Assembly (NCBI RefSeq): GCF_006345805.1
Contig: NC_043006.1
Span: 9,982,001 to 10,046,000, forward strand
Direction of reading: 5' to 3'
DNA: 64,000 nucleotides
Source: Octopus sinensis
Lineage: Eukaryota
Position 1 is the first letter of the stretch; each line of letters begins with the position of its first letter. The position numbers and the translations under genes are program-made. Below the pieces are notes generated by a model, which was given only the letters and a program-made list of their open reading frames with translations, was not told where the DNA came from and did not search any database. This document shows, one piece after another, positions 13,496-28,026 of this stretch.

Positions 13496-13890
13496 ACTAG
13501 CAGTATCGCCCGGTGTTGCTCGGGTTTGTAAAGGAAACAACTACATAAGCATTTTTAGAGATGTAAAGTATAATAGCCATCTCAATATGGCTAACCACAA
13601 AGTGGGGTGTTACTGTAGCTTTTTACGTTCTGAGATTTAATAATACATTTTTAGAGAGTTACTTCCCTTATATAATGGCAAAAAAATGCATTAAAAATGG
13701 GAAAAAATTATGGTAATTTTTTTTAAATCGTAGACTCATCGTAGACGCGCGCTAATACCCAGAAGGGCTCGATATGAAGCACGATTATAAGATACCCGCT
13801 TTTGGTTACACTGCACCGCAAAATGTGGGAGTAGTTAGGAATCTAAATCGTAGGAGACAGACACACAACTTCACTTTTATATATAAAGAT
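13496..13890 (+). mobile_element. Non-autonomous Helentron/HINE-like element
   Basis: 5' actagcagtatcgcccgg...cgggt hairpin and 3' gacagacacac...ttttatatataaagat, an architecture typical of Lep1/DINE-1-like elements. Confidence 0.6.
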
Positions 13891-14559
13891 GTATTCTCTC
13901 ATGATATGTTAAAATGCACATATGGACATATACGTGTACATATGTTTGTGTATATGTATGTGTGTTTGTGCGTATGTGTATTTGCGTGTATGCGTGTGTG
14001 CGTTTATGTATGTGTGTGTGTAAAATAACTTTATTTAACAAACACTGTGAAAATGCACTGGGACTCGATCAGAGGTATTATCTTTTAATTTCTAAAGACT
14101 TAGCCGGTTTCACAGATTTCTCTCATATTCGAGATAGAAATACGTCGTGGAGCTATGCTGCAAATGCCTCGCTTCTCATATAGGGAGCATTGCTAAAATT
14201 AGAATCTGTTTTGCATGCGTTATGTGATCTGCTACGTCCATTCCTTGATATCATGTGGCAGTATATTTGGCACCGTTATTTAAAACTGTTTGAGTTGAGT
14301 GATATCTAGTGACAATCCCCATCAATCAAGGCTGTCTGAAATTTGTACAAGAAGATTTTGCCACTAGTAATAATCTTAGAAATTTTGTTGGTTCTGTGCG
14401 TTAATAGCAAGTGACTATATTTTTTACGCTATAAACCAAGACTTGCACGTGGCACTTTCAAGTTAAGGTCCTCTAAATTTTATCTGCCGAATAGTAGAGT
14501 GGAGAGGAGTTGTTTCAATGTAACCTAGCAGCTGAATACTTAATTAAAAATACACGACA

Positions 14560-15000
14560 ATCAAAAACCCTCATGAAACTGCTCACCGCTACTAAATTAC
14601 CCTGCACAAATACCATGCCAACAGCTAAAAACTGTGGCCGTCTTAACTGCAGGACTTGCATTAACCTAATTTAAGGCAAGAAATATAAGTTTTAATCAGG
14701 ACAGACTTTTGCCTTAAAAAATCGTTTTACCTGTTCGTCAAAAAATTTAATATATTCTATCAAATGAAAAAGGATCTAAAGAGAATTACATAAGTCAAGC
14801 AAAACTCACTCTTAGAAATAGAGTTACTATTCACAGACAACAACTACGGGACCCCAGTTTTAGGCAAATACTTGTGAGAGGATACATAGACATATGTGCA
14901 CAAAATAAGTCTCCCAACTATCAAACCTTTCCACTTTACTTTTGTTCAATCAATACGTCAGACCAAGTACGGATAAACAAAATATATTCATAGAAAAGTA
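14560..15000 (+). pseudogene. Degenerate PLE GIY-YIG region, same family as 47359-48668
   Basis: Translates (with stops) KTLMKLLT...KNCGRLNCRTCINLI...FTCSSKNLIY...NYISQAK..LRNRVTIHR, collinear with ORF 47359-47880. Confidence 0.8.
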
Positions 15001-15229
15001 CAAACCATGACTGAATAAACTTTAATAAACTACACTTAGAAACACCTGTTCATACACAAAATCACTCTAGTTTGATATGTTGAATTTATACAGCCAAGCA
15101 ACCTGAAAAGTCATGACTGCTAAATGGCAGATTCTACTTGAGCATATGTGTTAAATGATTAGAAAAATGACATTTAGTACCAACATTTAATAACTGCAAA
15201 TATAGACACACTAACCTGAAGGTTATTGG

Positions 15230-15385
15230 ATAGACAGACAGGCAGACAAACAGACAGATATATAGATAGAGAGAGAGAGAGAGATTGAGAGAGAGAGACA
15301 GATAGATAGATATATAGATATATAGATAGATAGATAAATAGATAGATAGATAGATAGATAGACAGATTTATAGATAGATAGAGAA

Positions 15386-15429
<44 letters not shown>

Positions 15430-15470
15430 ATTGATTGATAAATAGATAGATAGATAGATAGATAGACAGA
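15230..15470. repeat. (GATA)n/(GA)n microsatellite
   Basis: Direct reading. Confidence 0.95.
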
Positions 15471-17717
15471 TACATAAATACATACATACATACATAAGAT
15501 ACATCCATACGTACATAATATACATACATAAGTTATACATATACATACGTAAGGTACATAAAACATGATGATAAAATTGTTTTAATAGGTTCATTTATTG
15601 GTGTGAATGTAAGTAGAGACAAGATATATATGCAGCACAAAATAAGATCGCAAAGGACTGTTGGTATGGAGTTATTGGTGGGTTAACTTTATTACGTTTA
15701 TGCACTTGTTTTGCAAGATTTCTGATGCGGAACCGTGTTACATTTCGGGACGGCCAGTTTTTTTCCTGACCAAGTAAACACACGCACTGTATATTTGTTC
15801 TTCACTTTTTTGTTATTGTTCTTATTTTAGTGTCCTTTGTCAGAAATCGTTCGTCTCACATCTTCTGTACTCTTCGCCTACTATCCATCCCGCAATGAGA
15901 GTAAACATGATAAATTTTGTCTTCTTGTTCTGTTTAAACTATTCTGTCTTTGTATGGTGTGTAACTTTATCGCTGCATGCGTTTGCGTCTATATGTGTGC
16001 GCGCGTGTGTGTATAATGGTACACACATACGCGCAAATCACAGGCACACAACACACACACAAATCATACACACACGAATCACACACATGCACACAAAACG
16101 CACATACAAAACACAGACACACGCACACACACGCACACACACATATACACACACTCAAGTACAGATGCAAGCTCATAAGCCGATAACGATACACGCCATA
16201 GTAAGACAGAATAGGCTTAACAGAAGAGATGGAGACACGTGGGATGGAGAGTTGCTGAAAAGGTCACAGGTTATGTAAGGAAGAAAAAATTTAGATAAAG
16301 GAAACTAAAATAAGAACTAAAATAAAGCTGAAGTGAAAAACAAATATATAATGCGTGTGTGTCAAAAATAAATGACCGTCCCGAAATATAACAATAAGTT
16401 ATAACCGTTACTTCGAAACATATTTTAGTTCAAAATATTTCCTAACGATGGAACGCCGAAAATATTTACTGGTCAAATATATCCTATTCCTGTATATTAG
16501 ACACATGAATAGGTCTCTATCGACATGTCCAATCCTCACCTGCGTTTTTTGCAATGAATAGTAATTTTTTATGAAGAACCAGAGATCCTGAGAATTGCAA
16601 CTTCGAAATGTTTTGTATAATTTCTTTGGAAATGGTAATGCCCTTATTTCGATGAACATATTTAAATTACCTATTTTTTCTCTTCTTAAAAATGTCTCTT
16701 CGATTTGGTACACTAATATATAAATAAATCTAGGTGTTTAACTTATTTGCCCATAGCTATTGATTTGATTCTAAAATCTGATTGGATGCTGGTTGCGAAT
16801 CGGTCTTTTCATTGGTTTCAGTTTTAGTATTGACTTTACTATCGCCGTCGTCCCTATGACTGCGCCCTTGGATTCGTTGATAAAAAATTCGGAATACTTC
16901 AAAGACATCATCGTCTTAGATTTTTAAAATGCTACGCATAGTATGTGTGTATATGTGTATATATATATGTAAATATATATATATATAGAGAGAGAGAGAG
17001 TGAGAGATAAAGACAGATAAAAAAGAAAGAGAGAGAGAACTATATATATATATATATATATATAGAAAGAGAGAGAGAACCAGAGGGGAGTGATAACTAG
17101 CTACATATATGTATACATAGAAAGAGAGCGAGAGAGAGAGATAGAGATCACTCACACTCACACACACACACCCACTTAACGGAAGATGGTTGTCCAAGGT
17201 AGCATGCAATGAGACTGAACATGGAACCACATTCTTGGGAGAAGAAATTCTTACAATGCAAAATCGATACCATTGCCAACCAAATCCTGTATTATAATAT
17301 TAAAATCCAACCAATGAGAATTATAGTGGTACATGGGGAATAATTAGAATATCTTCTTAGCTTGGGTATCTGTTGGAATACATGCAACGTAATTTCGTCA
17401 AAGCTGCTTCGAGCTGTATAATTTTTCATCCATTGTGAGTTAAGAGAATATTGTAGAACTTTATTTTCTTTTCTTTCCTTCTTGAAATCTTCTAATACAA
17501 GCAACACGATTGTAAATGAAGACTTCAAGTCAGACCACAGAGTTGAGGAATTTAAATTAATACGACGAACGATACATCAGTAAATTATTCAGACACACGG
17601 TCACACATACATGCATACATAATACACAAATACTGAAGGCGAGAATGTATATATATATATATAAAGGCAAAACACGGTACAAGGCTCAAAACATTACATA
17701 CACCATCGCATATATAT

Positions 17718-17793
<76 letters not shown>

Positions 17794-17814
17794 GCACAAA
17801 TATATATATATGTA

Positions 17815-17975
17815 GTAGAAATTTATAGAAAAGCAAAAGATGGAGACAGGTGTATGAACAATAAGCAGGTATATTAGTTTAGCGATCGGAAAAATGAAGA
17901 CGTTTTTTACGTTTTAAGACTACGCTCATCAACAGAAGGGGAGAAGGGAAAATAAACTGAGAGAATATAACAAAA
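17815..17975 (-). mobile_element. Family H1 repeat, degenerate copy
   Basis: Minus strand: cttCTGTTGATGAGCGTAGTCTTAAAACGTAAAAA; the tcga-to-ttaa change is consistent with CpG decay. Confidence 0.65.
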
Positions 17976-18252
17976 AATAACTGTAGATTTAGCGGTCAAG
18001 CATGCCGAATGATTAGAAATAAATTTTGAAAGGTTGAAACAAAGAAAGAAATAAAGTACTGGCTATCGCAAATGGAAGTGCTCGCGCATGTCTGTGCATA
18101 TGAGACTAGCGGGAGTGAATGTGTGCGCGTGTCTGTGAATAGGGGCTAGTGGCTTTGACACACACATACACACGTATATGTATATATATATATCTATATA
18201 TATATACATGTCTCATTTTATTTAACATAAATATTGTTTAGCATATATAATG

Positions 18253-18408
18253 AGAGTGGCGGTGTGATAAGGAGCTTGCTTCTCAATTACATGTTTCCGG
18301 GTTCAGTCCCACTGCGTGGCAACTTCGGCAAGCGTCTTCTTCTATAACCTCGAGCTGACCAAAACCTTCTGGGGGATCTGGTAGAAGGAAACTTAAAGAT
18401 GCCTGTCG

Positions 18409-18452
<44 letters not shown>

Positions 18453-18725
18453 GTAGATATATATGTATGTATGTATATATATATATATATATATATATAC
18501 TATCATGTATTTGTGTCTGTGTTTGTACCGACACCATCGTTTGACAACCAGTGTTTCAGTGCTTACCTCCCCGTAACTTAGCGCTTTGCAAAAGATACCG
18601 AAAGAGTAAGTATTACGCTTTCAAAGAATAAGTCCTGGTGTCAGTTTCTTCGACAAAAGGCGGTGCCCCAGCATGGCCGCAGTTAAACGACTGACAGGGT
18701 AAAAGAGTAGAAGAATAAAAGAAGT
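18253..18725 (+). mobile_element. tRNA-derived SINE family 1 (internal microsatellite, LINE-A-like tail)
   Basis: Head with gggttcagtccc B-box-like motif, internal (TA)n, tail ggcggtgccccagcatggccgcag...actgac...aaaaga. Confidence 0.85.
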
Positions 18726-18738
18726 TTTATATATATAG

Positions 18739-18786
<48 letters not shown>

Positions 18787-18828
18787 TATATATAAATATA
18801 CACATGCATATACACACACACCCTCAAG

Positions 18829-18872
<44 letters not shown>

Positions 18873-19597
18873 CTCCCTTGTTTTACGGAGTCATACACGT
18901 ATTAATCTGTGTATATGATTGTATGAAATGGAAGCTCTCTAGGTAAATAACCCAAGATACAATGTCATGCACTGCTGATTATTGTTGACATTTAATTAAC
19001 TTGTATTTATTTTATAGCCTTTAAATAAACTGTAGTTGTGTATAATGGCTATATATTGTAAGTTTTTAAGACGACATTAACCTGAATTTTTTTTTAAATC
19101 ACAGTATTAGTATATAAAATATTGTCTGTGTCCCCATCTATTCCTGCAACTGACGTTCTATGGTAATATCGCATATGAGTGCGTAGTTTTGCTATACATT
19201 CAAATAATGTGTATATGTGGTTATATGTAAAAAAAAAACACATACATATATATTGTTTCATTTCCTTGCCCAAACACACTCGAACACAAATGCGTGCACA
19301 CAAGCATGCGCACCGGGCATACGCAGATACTCGTATATTTATGCATGTATATTAGAAAGAAGACCTTATATAAATTATAAATGTAACGAAAGTGTTGATA
19401 AGACATCTTTGCAATCCTCAGCACATGAGAACAACTTTTTTCTAAAATATATAGACAATAACAGATGTAAATAGAGAAATTACTCGGATAATTTTTTAAA
19501 AGAAGAGAAAATATTTTTAATCGATGTAATCTGCAATTGCCACCACGCTCTGCCTGCTTACTCTTCAGCATACTAGACACTATAAAGAAATAAAATT

Positions 19598-19805
19598 AAG
19601 GCTGCCAACTGACAGAATCATTAGATTGCTGGGCAAAATATTTAACGGTATTTCGTCCGTTTTTTCTCATTGAGTTCAAATTCTTCCGTTGTCGACTTTG
19701 CCTTTCATCCTTTTGGGATCGATAAAGTAAGTACCAGTCGGTCGATATAATTCATTCGCCCCAACTCTGAAATTACTGTCCTTGTGCCAAAATTTGAAAT
19801 CAATA
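19598..19805 (+). mobile_element. SINE family 2, degenerate
   Basis: gagttcaaatt...gtcgactttgcctttcatcc...gataaagtaagtaccag, homologous to 56230-56468. Confidence 0.75.
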
Positions 19806-19856
19806 TAGGTTCTAAGTTTTTGCACGAGGCCTGCAATTTCGGGAGAGATGTTAAAT

Positions 19857-20017
19857 CGATTATATCGAACCCAGAGCTCGACTGGTACTTAATTTATTCA
19901 CCACGAAATGAAAGGTATAATCGATACCCGAGATTTTTATACTCAGAAAATAAACACAGGCGCTATGCCGGCCAGCAATTTGAATGGCGCAGAAACGAAC
20001 CTGCCAGCCCGTTCCTT
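19857..20017 (-). mobile_element. SINE family 2, degenerate
   Basis: ctggtacttaattt...atgaaagg...ctgccagc in the same order as the 56230-56468 copy. Confidence 0.6.
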
Positions 20018-20199
20018 TCTGAAATCAATATTAATAAACAAAATTGTTTAGTTTTAAACTTTTATTACTTATTGTTTGGATAGATAACTTAAATAACTTG
20101 GATTTGTCTCGACCAGTATTGGCTCAGTCCGTGACCAACTCGATATCACCAACTGGAAAAGTCTTTTAGTTAATTATATCGAGACATTATGGACCACTC

Positions 20200-21780
20200 A
20201 AGCAGGGAGTTGTTGTTGGTTGAGACGTATCAAGGCTTAGATGGATAATCGGGTATTTCCTGGAGGAATTTTTTCCACGTACCGTTTGAAACTTGTGGGT
20301 TTTTTCCTTAGCTTAATTTCTTCCGGGATAACAATTAAAAGAGCAGGACAATTTGTAGTCAAGAAATTGTTGCAATGTTCTTATGTGATGTGATCTCGGC
20401 CTTTGTTGTGGAGGCGCAATAGCCCAGTGGTTAGGGCAGCGGACTCGCGGTCATAAGGTCGCGGCTGCGATTCCCAGACCGGGCGTTGTGAGTGTTTATT
20501 GAGCGAAAACACCTTAAAGCTCCACGAGGCTCCGGCAGAGGATGGTGGTGATCCCCTGTTGTACTCTTTCACCACAACTTTCTCTCACTCTTACTTCCTG
20601 TTTCTGATGTACTTGTATTTCAAGGGGCCGGCCTTGTCACTCTCTGTGTCACGCTGAATATCCCCGAGAACTACGTTAAGGGTGCACGTGTCTGTGGAGT
20701 GCTCAGCCACTTACACGTTAATTTCACGAGCAGGCTGTTCCGTTGATTCGGATCAACCGGAACCCTCATCGTCGTAACCGACGGAGTGCTTCCATTCCAC
20801 TCGGCCTTTGTAGGGGATGTATTGCATGGGGGATTAATCTTGGGTGTATTGTAAACATAATACTGATATCATTTGGATAATATTGGTGGATATTTTCTAT
20901 ATGGGGCAAATAATGTACCGCGCACGGCGGTATTGCAAAGAATAGAGTTTCATCTGTTTAAGTCGAGCCCAATAACATAGTCCTGTCATGTCATTTATTT
21001 TTTTAATGATTGATCTTTGAAGCGGTTCGATCCACATTATGTCTTGTTTTTCGTATGGGGACCACAATGGGCAACAGTGTTTGAGGTGGGGGTCTAGCGA
21101 ATGTGGAAAAGAGAAGGATGATAGTTTCATGACCCCTAGATTGAAAAGTTCTGAGGATCCATGAGCACACTCTGCAGGCAACATCGACTTTTTGTTGATG
21201 TGCCCACTCCAGCTACGGAGTGTCGACATTTACACATAAGTCTCTGATATTATCCGACGGTTCAAGTAAGTCTCCCGACGGTACTGTATATGGTCGTTTC
21301 AGTGTTCCTTCTTTTCCAAAGTGGATGAGTTCAAATTTTCCTTTGTTCCACTGTATATTATTTTTTTTGTGCTCTCTAGGTTACCGCGCATAGGTCCGAT
21401 TGAAGCACCGTTCAATCATATGCTCCTTCAATGATTTTCTGGAGTTTAGAGTAATCTGCAAATATCTTAGCGGTGCTATGTTCAATGCAATCTGCAGTCA
21501 TTGATATAGAAATTAAAAGAATTAGACCCAGTATAGTACCCTGCGGGACTCCGCTGTCTTGAGTGGATTCTATCAACCATAGCATGCTGAGTCCTGTTTA
21601 TTTGGAAATACCTTATCCATTGAAGTAGTTTTCCGCCGATTCCAGCGTTGGATAGTTTCCATAACAGTATATTGTGGTCGACTCTGTCAAGGGCCTTGTT
21701 GAAATCAAAGTATATGACATCCGCTTTGCAGTCCTCACTTAGTGCATTTAAGATGCCATCAAAGTGGTGGAGGAGGACGT
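20200..21780 (-). mobile_element. CR1-like LINE family B, decayed RT-to-3' fragment interrupted by a SINE
   Basis: YFDFNKALDRVDH near 21700, gtccc gcagggtact (VPQG) near 21545, ORF 20897-21229 (HCCPLWSP, KLYSLQYRRARY), IPDYPSKP..NNNSLLEW near 20210. Confidence 0.85.
20407..20799 (+). mobile_element. tRNA-derived SINE family 3 with 12-bp TSD
   Basis: Head ggaggcgcaatagcccagtggttagggcagcggactcgcgg...cgattccc; TSD ctcggcctttgt at 20395-20406 and 20800-20811; close copy at 51427-51813. Confidence 0.92.
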
Positions 21781-24700
21781 TGATGCTGTGTTTTTATCAC
21801 CTATATGCTGAATAGTAGTATATGACGGGTGCAATATTTAGGGATGTATATAATGTATATAATGTATACAATGTTTAGGGATGTATATATTTATAAAGTC
21901 CCATCGGTATATTATAAATATATATCTCTAAGAATTCTCTCTTGGTGTAGATACCACCAATATTCTGATTAAAACCACTTTATAAACTTTGCGTTGGAAA
22001 CAGAGAAAAAAAGTTTAGATACCAAACTCCGTTATATACAACTTACGCGCCTGTATATCTTTATATCAAAAGATACGAAGTTTTAAAATATTGATATGCC
22101 ATGCATTTACACAGTTTAAAAACTAAGATAGCATTTATCTAACCGAAATTTGCTAGAGGTCCCTATACGTGACGTACAGTTACTTGACATATCCTGACAC
22201 ATATTACGATTCTTTTTCAAGCTAGTACATAATTTATATTTTGTCAATGGCGCAAAGTCTCTGCACTGACATTGCTGAATCAGAAAGTTAACAAAATGGC
22301 TTAAATTGACGGTAGCAGCGCAACAATACATCGGCTTGAAAATGTTTAGCTGCACACGATTCAGTTGTGCAATCGACAAGTTACGTCTTATCATCGTAAA
22401 TAATAAGGCAATAAACCACTACACTTACGTCCATTCAGTACGAATACAAACGCTATGAAGTGTGTAGAATTAACAAACTTAGAAATAATGATAGACATCT
22501 TAATCTTAGGTATTACACGATATATTTCAGGAATGCCATGTTTAAGATGAAACATCGAAAGGCTTTATCTTATTGCTAAAATTTAGTCTGCAAAATCATA
22601 GATTAAGCGTTGTCGATTAGACAGTTAAACTCTGATCAGATTAGGCACATTTCATTTGTTCGTGGTGTTGTATTGGGGGATGCGGAATTGAGAGTTGGTC
22701 ATCCTAATTTGTTTATTCGATTCTGATCCAGTCAAATAAGCAGAATCAATAAACTGTCGTTGAGTGTAGTAAAACTGCTCGTAGAGATTATTCAACACCT
22801 CGGTGCTGGGTATAGTTAATACCTTGATGATTGTATTCGCCACGACAGTATTTGAAATGGTATGGTTGTAGGTTTGATTAATGTGCTTGGGTAGAAGTTT
22901 GCACATGAAATTTACAGTGATTAAGCGGAACTATTACAGACAACAATGTGCCGCAAATTACCATTCACTGACGTCCTAGGTACAATCTCTCCTGTTAAAT
23001 ACTGTTTTCGGCTCAACTAAGAATAAACAGCCATAATTGTGGAGAAGTAGCAAATAGGAAATACGTCGTTATTTTCTAATTTGCATTGATTTCTACAAAG
23101 ACGAGTGTTTCATATTTTCATTAAAATATGTCTTAGGGATTGTTTACGTGCGCGTGCGTACACATGTGCATATGCATTTGTATATATGTTCGTGTGTGTG
23201 TGTGTGCTTTAATAAGTGTGTTCGTATGTGCATAACGGCTGTTCCTTAAAGGAGGTGCTTTGCAACTTTTTATAAATAAATAAAATGATTCAATTTAAAT
23301 TAAAACGGAAATATTATTGAGATAAACACGTCCTTTTGATGAAAATAATTTTCCGCCATATGTTGCAAAGTTTAATTATATAAACTTTGAACTTTTATCT
23401 TTAGTTGATTAGCCCTACATAATTTGGTTTGTGAATTCAATTGTGAAATCAAAATTATAAGTTGTTATATTGTAAAGAACGTGACTAAAACTTAATTATT
23501 GCTTAAATGAAAAAAAAAAAACTAATTTCTTCAATCCATGGAAATTTCTAATGAAATATCACATTCATAATATTTTAAACAACCATCTCTATCTACATCT
23601 GTCAGGATGGAACGCCAGAATCTCGAAAGTATTTAACTTGCAAAGCATGAACACTAAGTTCGAACATCCTATTCAGCAGTCCAATGTACTATTGTGCGCA
23701 ATATTTTATTTAATATAACTTACTTGAATTGGCGTTATTCGCAAGCAAGCTTTTGTACTATATCGTTCGTACTTTAACTTCCGTAAATCATCGCAATCTT
23801 TGTTCAAGACTAAAGGGAAATTACACTAAAAGCTGCTGGGGTAAACCGTTCATCACAAGCATAGAAATTAATGTATATCCCAATGGATATATCTAAATTA
23901 GCAAATTAAGGATTTCACTGTCGTTTATAGGGTTGTTTGCTTCTATACATATATATATATATTTGTAGGAATATAACTCACATATACACAAGCATGTAAC
24001 AAAGATGAAATTTTCTCCCTTAAGCATAAAAATTCAGGTTCTATGAGACTAATTATCTTATTTATAAAATTGATCTCCTTTTTTCTGTGAAGGTCTTTAA
24101 CAAATTTTGCCCGAAAAGCAGATTAAAATTCGTTTACAATTTCTGAAAGACGTCACTCAGTGCACTACCACTTTCTAGAATTATTAAATTCCCCACATTC
24201 CAACTTATATTTTCCTTGATTTGTTCACATTTTGTAATGATGGAAATTTAATCACATCTATCTAATTTTCAGCAATCTCATCGACTGTAGGGTCGCTAGA
24301 TAATGTTTAGGTATACTAACATTCTAATATATCCCTTTCTGTTACCTTGCCTGCAAAAGGATTTCCCCAGTTTAAAATGAAAATTCAATTTTCTGTGAAT
24401 TTAGTTATTTATTTATTGAAATTATTTTCTGTTTTCGTTGTGAGTTCCTAACAATTGCTACTGGGTTTTTTGCTTAAATCAATAAAAGTTCGTATCTTCG
24501 TTCTTTGGAAAAATCAATAAAAACTTTCATTACATTTAATTTATTATTTTTTATTATTTTGTTATGGTTTTTTGTCTCCATCATACATAACACCACCATA
24601 TATATAAAAGCTGAATAATATATAATGTATATAATATATTCATTGAAGCAAACCAGAAATATTTTTGTAGACGTAGAAGTAAATGGTTTGCAAAATGATA

Positions 24701-25022
24701 TCAGCTGTAGAGGTCAACTCGAATGAAATATAATTCAGATTGTATTTGTTGTTAGTCATTGTACACCTAATTCAAGGATTTAATGAAGGAATTTGATCCG
24801 TGGTTTTCTTTTACTGTTCACTATTAAGCTTGATGTTTGTTGTTGTCCACATTAGCCGATCCACTAATATAAGGGAAGTAAGCAAACCAGCACCGGTTAG
24901 TGGGGGACAAAAGTGACAAAAATACACACATATATATATATTCATACATGCACATACACACACACAAACACACACATTATGTTATAAATATATATATATA
25001 TGTATACATATATATATGTATG

Positions 25023-25092
<70 letters not shown>

Positions 25093-25132
25093 GTATTTAT
25101 ATATATATATATGTATATATATATTTATATAT

Positions 25133-25193
<61 letters not shown>

Positions 25194-26081
25194 ATATATA
25201 TATACATACACACACATATATATATATATACATACATATATATATATCGGCGCTGTACCCTTTTGGTCTGATATGTAAGTACATATTTCTTTAAATTTGG
25301 TACGACTCTATAACACTGTCTCTCTCTCCCCCCTCGCCTACATTTCTCTGCCTTTCACACTTTGCACTCCACATTGATCTCTCTCTCTCTCTCTCTTCTC
25401 CTCCTCCTTTTCTCTTTTCTTGCCTCTGCTTCTTCCCCCACTCTCTCAGGTTTCTCTGTCTTTCTCACTTTGCACCTCACTGATTCTGTCGCCAAGCCAA
25501 TCCTTGGCACACTCTCTTTCTTCTTCTCTCTTGAATTCCTTCTTTCTCTCTCTTCTCCCCTCTTTGGTACCCCTTCCCTTTGGTACTCTCTCTCTTTGAT
25601 TCCTTTGCCCCCTTTTTTCTCCCTCTTCTCCTCTCACGTGACCGCTGGTCAACCTGCCTTTCGGCTTCCAACCACCGCCATGAGAACATCGTTTACTTCG
25701 TCTGCCGAAAAAGGCATTTTTTTTCCAAATACGCCAGCTAAACTAAGTTGTACTGTCTATAGTCGTAAGACACCCGCTGTTTTTGTCCTGTTATTACTAT
25801 ATTGCTTGTTGTATTTATATTCGTGTGACATCGTCCGTTTTTCTGTCCCTGTTTCGTATGCATTCGATCCTTTTTCCAAGAAATCTAATACTCGTAGCTT
25901 AGTTTTTCCTTGGGGCTGGCCGGATCGGCGTGATCTCAAGATTAATCAGCCAAAATTGCGAGGATGATCCGGTTCTTGACTGAAGATTGAAGGCTTCGAA
26001 TGTCCCGTCCGTGTTTTTTGTATCGTCTTCTAAATGTTTGCGTTCTTGTCCCAGTTTTTTTTTTTACATATACCTACATAC

Positions 26082-26128
<47 letters not shown>

Positions 26129-26139
26129 TATATATATAT

Positions 26140-26172
<33 letters not shown>

Positions 26173-26185
26173 CTATATACATATA

Positions 26186-26234
<49 letters not shown>

Positions 26235-26236
<2 letters not shown>

Positions 26237-26412
26237 GGTCCCGGGTTGATCCGGGGTTAACCACAGTAAGTAAGGTACTCAATACATAGCAGAGTAAAAT
26301 TAATTTATTATATAGAAGGAGCTTCTACAGGACTAGTACTGTTTCATTCAAGAGAAATTAAGATTTCTCTTGAATGAAACAGTACTAGTCCTGTAGAAGC
26401 TCCTTCTATATA

Positions 26413-26418
<6 letters not shown>
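26235..26418 (-). mobile_element. PLE-LTR-like repeat with ~110-bp perfect fold-back
   Basis: tatatagaaggagcttctacaggactagtactgtttcattcaagagaaat / atttctcttgaatgaaacagtactagtcctgtagaagctccttctatata. Confidence 0.7.
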
Positions 26419-26444
<26 letters not shown>

Positions 26445-26917
26445 TCTAATAGGAATTGGGACCAGCTCAAGGTACGTAAACAAAATCAGACACACGTACA
26501 CAAGGTTTGTGTTGTTAGTTCGTCGAGGAGCTGTACTCTTTAGACGTAAGTGAATATATTGTCAATGTCGCTGGTGTAGAACACCAGCAACGTGACTGGG
26601 AATATATTCCCTTCCGCCTAAAAAGCGCAGCCGCCCCACTAACTACATTATGTATGTGTTTGACTTTGTTTATGTATATATATATATATATATATTTATA
26701 TATTTGGTGAAATAGAAAGATGAATAATCTTGTTGCAGATTAATCAAAAGTTTAACCGATACCTTGGTAGCAAAAATCACAGCAGAAAAAGCACGGTTGG
26801 AGGTACAACCATATGGTGTTGCAACCGTGTGTTGGTGCGGATAATTGAATTTTAATATTATTAGTGAATTGAAGAAATGGAGTTGAACGAAGATTGAACA
26901 GAAATCCTTTTATTGCA

Positions 26918-26997
26918 TTCTACACGTGTTTCGAAAGCCACAATTTACCAAATTCCGATTGAATAAGGAGACCATATTGTGTCTTTCTCTTCAGGAA
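26918..26997 (-). ncRNA. Type I hammerhead ribozyme
   Basis: Minus strand: ttc-CTGAAGA-GAAAG.CACAAT...ATTGTG.CTTTC-GAAA-CACGTGT-A-gaa; palindromic stem III ACACGUGU; GUA site. Confidence 0.8.
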
Positions 26998-28026
26998 GAA
27001 ATAGGAATTCCGTTGGCTGAACAAAAACAGAACAGAGGCGCAGCAAAACAAATCGAACGAGGAGGCTCCTAAGAGCCCATGGCCAAACTGTTTATCAATG
27101 TTGAAATCGGGTGGTGGGCGCGTTGAAGATATTTACAGGTCAGGCAGTGGTCAATCCGGTGGGTGAGGTGCGTAGATGTTCTTTGTGATCGAGACTAAGG
27201 TTCTGACTATTTTAAGAATATAAGGTGTATTATGTGGGGCGAAATCTACTTAGAAACATGTGTGTGTGAACTGTTCTATATGTGCGCGGCCGTAAGTTGG
27301 TAAAAAGCAGTGCACAATGGTCACTGCTGAAAAATCTGTCAGGCGGCAGAAAATAATTTTGTGTTCGGCAGAAAATAATTTTATGTGTTCGTGTGTTCGT
27401 CTAATCATGCTTTTCGATGTCCCCATTGGCGGCGTTTTACTTATCTTGCTTATAAATGACGCTTACAAATGATACCTGCACCCGGTTACCCTACTTATAT
27501 GAAAATAGCCCTTGGAAATATTTTTTTGAAAAAGCTTTTTAAGATAGATTTGATTAACCATTGCAAGGGGAATTACTCCCATTAGGCGAATGGTGTTTTG
27601 TTTTGACGACGTGAGGTTTTTTTTGACAAAGCATGATTAGACGAACACACGAACACATAAAATTATTTTCTGCCGCCTGACAGATTTTTCAGCAGTGACC
27701 ATTGTGCACTGCTTTTTACCAACTTACGGCCGCGCAAATATAGAACAGTTCACACACACATGTTTCTAAGTAGATTTTGTCTCGCCCCACACAATACACC
27801 TAATATTCTTAAAATAGTCAGAACCTTAGTCTCGATCACAAAGAACATCTACGCACCTCGCCCACCGGATTGACCACTGCCTGACCTGTAAATATCTTCA
27901 ACGCGCCCACCACCCGATTTCAACATTGATAAACAGTTTGGCCATGGGCTCTTAGGAGCCTCCTCGTTCGATTTGTTTTGCTGCGCCTCTGTTCTGTTTT
28001 TGTTCTGCCAACGGAATTCCTATTTC

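Noticed and set aside
20407-20480. tRNA-like sequences here and at 39268, 43730, 51740, 60045
   Set aside because: They are SINE heads continuing into shared SINE bodies; no complete acceptor stem
25362-25967. 201-aa ORF
   Set aside because: Driven by a CT-rich low-complexity tract; no domain motifs
25980-26004. CTGAAGA..GAAG/CTTC-GAAT-GTC
   Set aside because: GAAU instead of GAAA and no stem I; at most a relic
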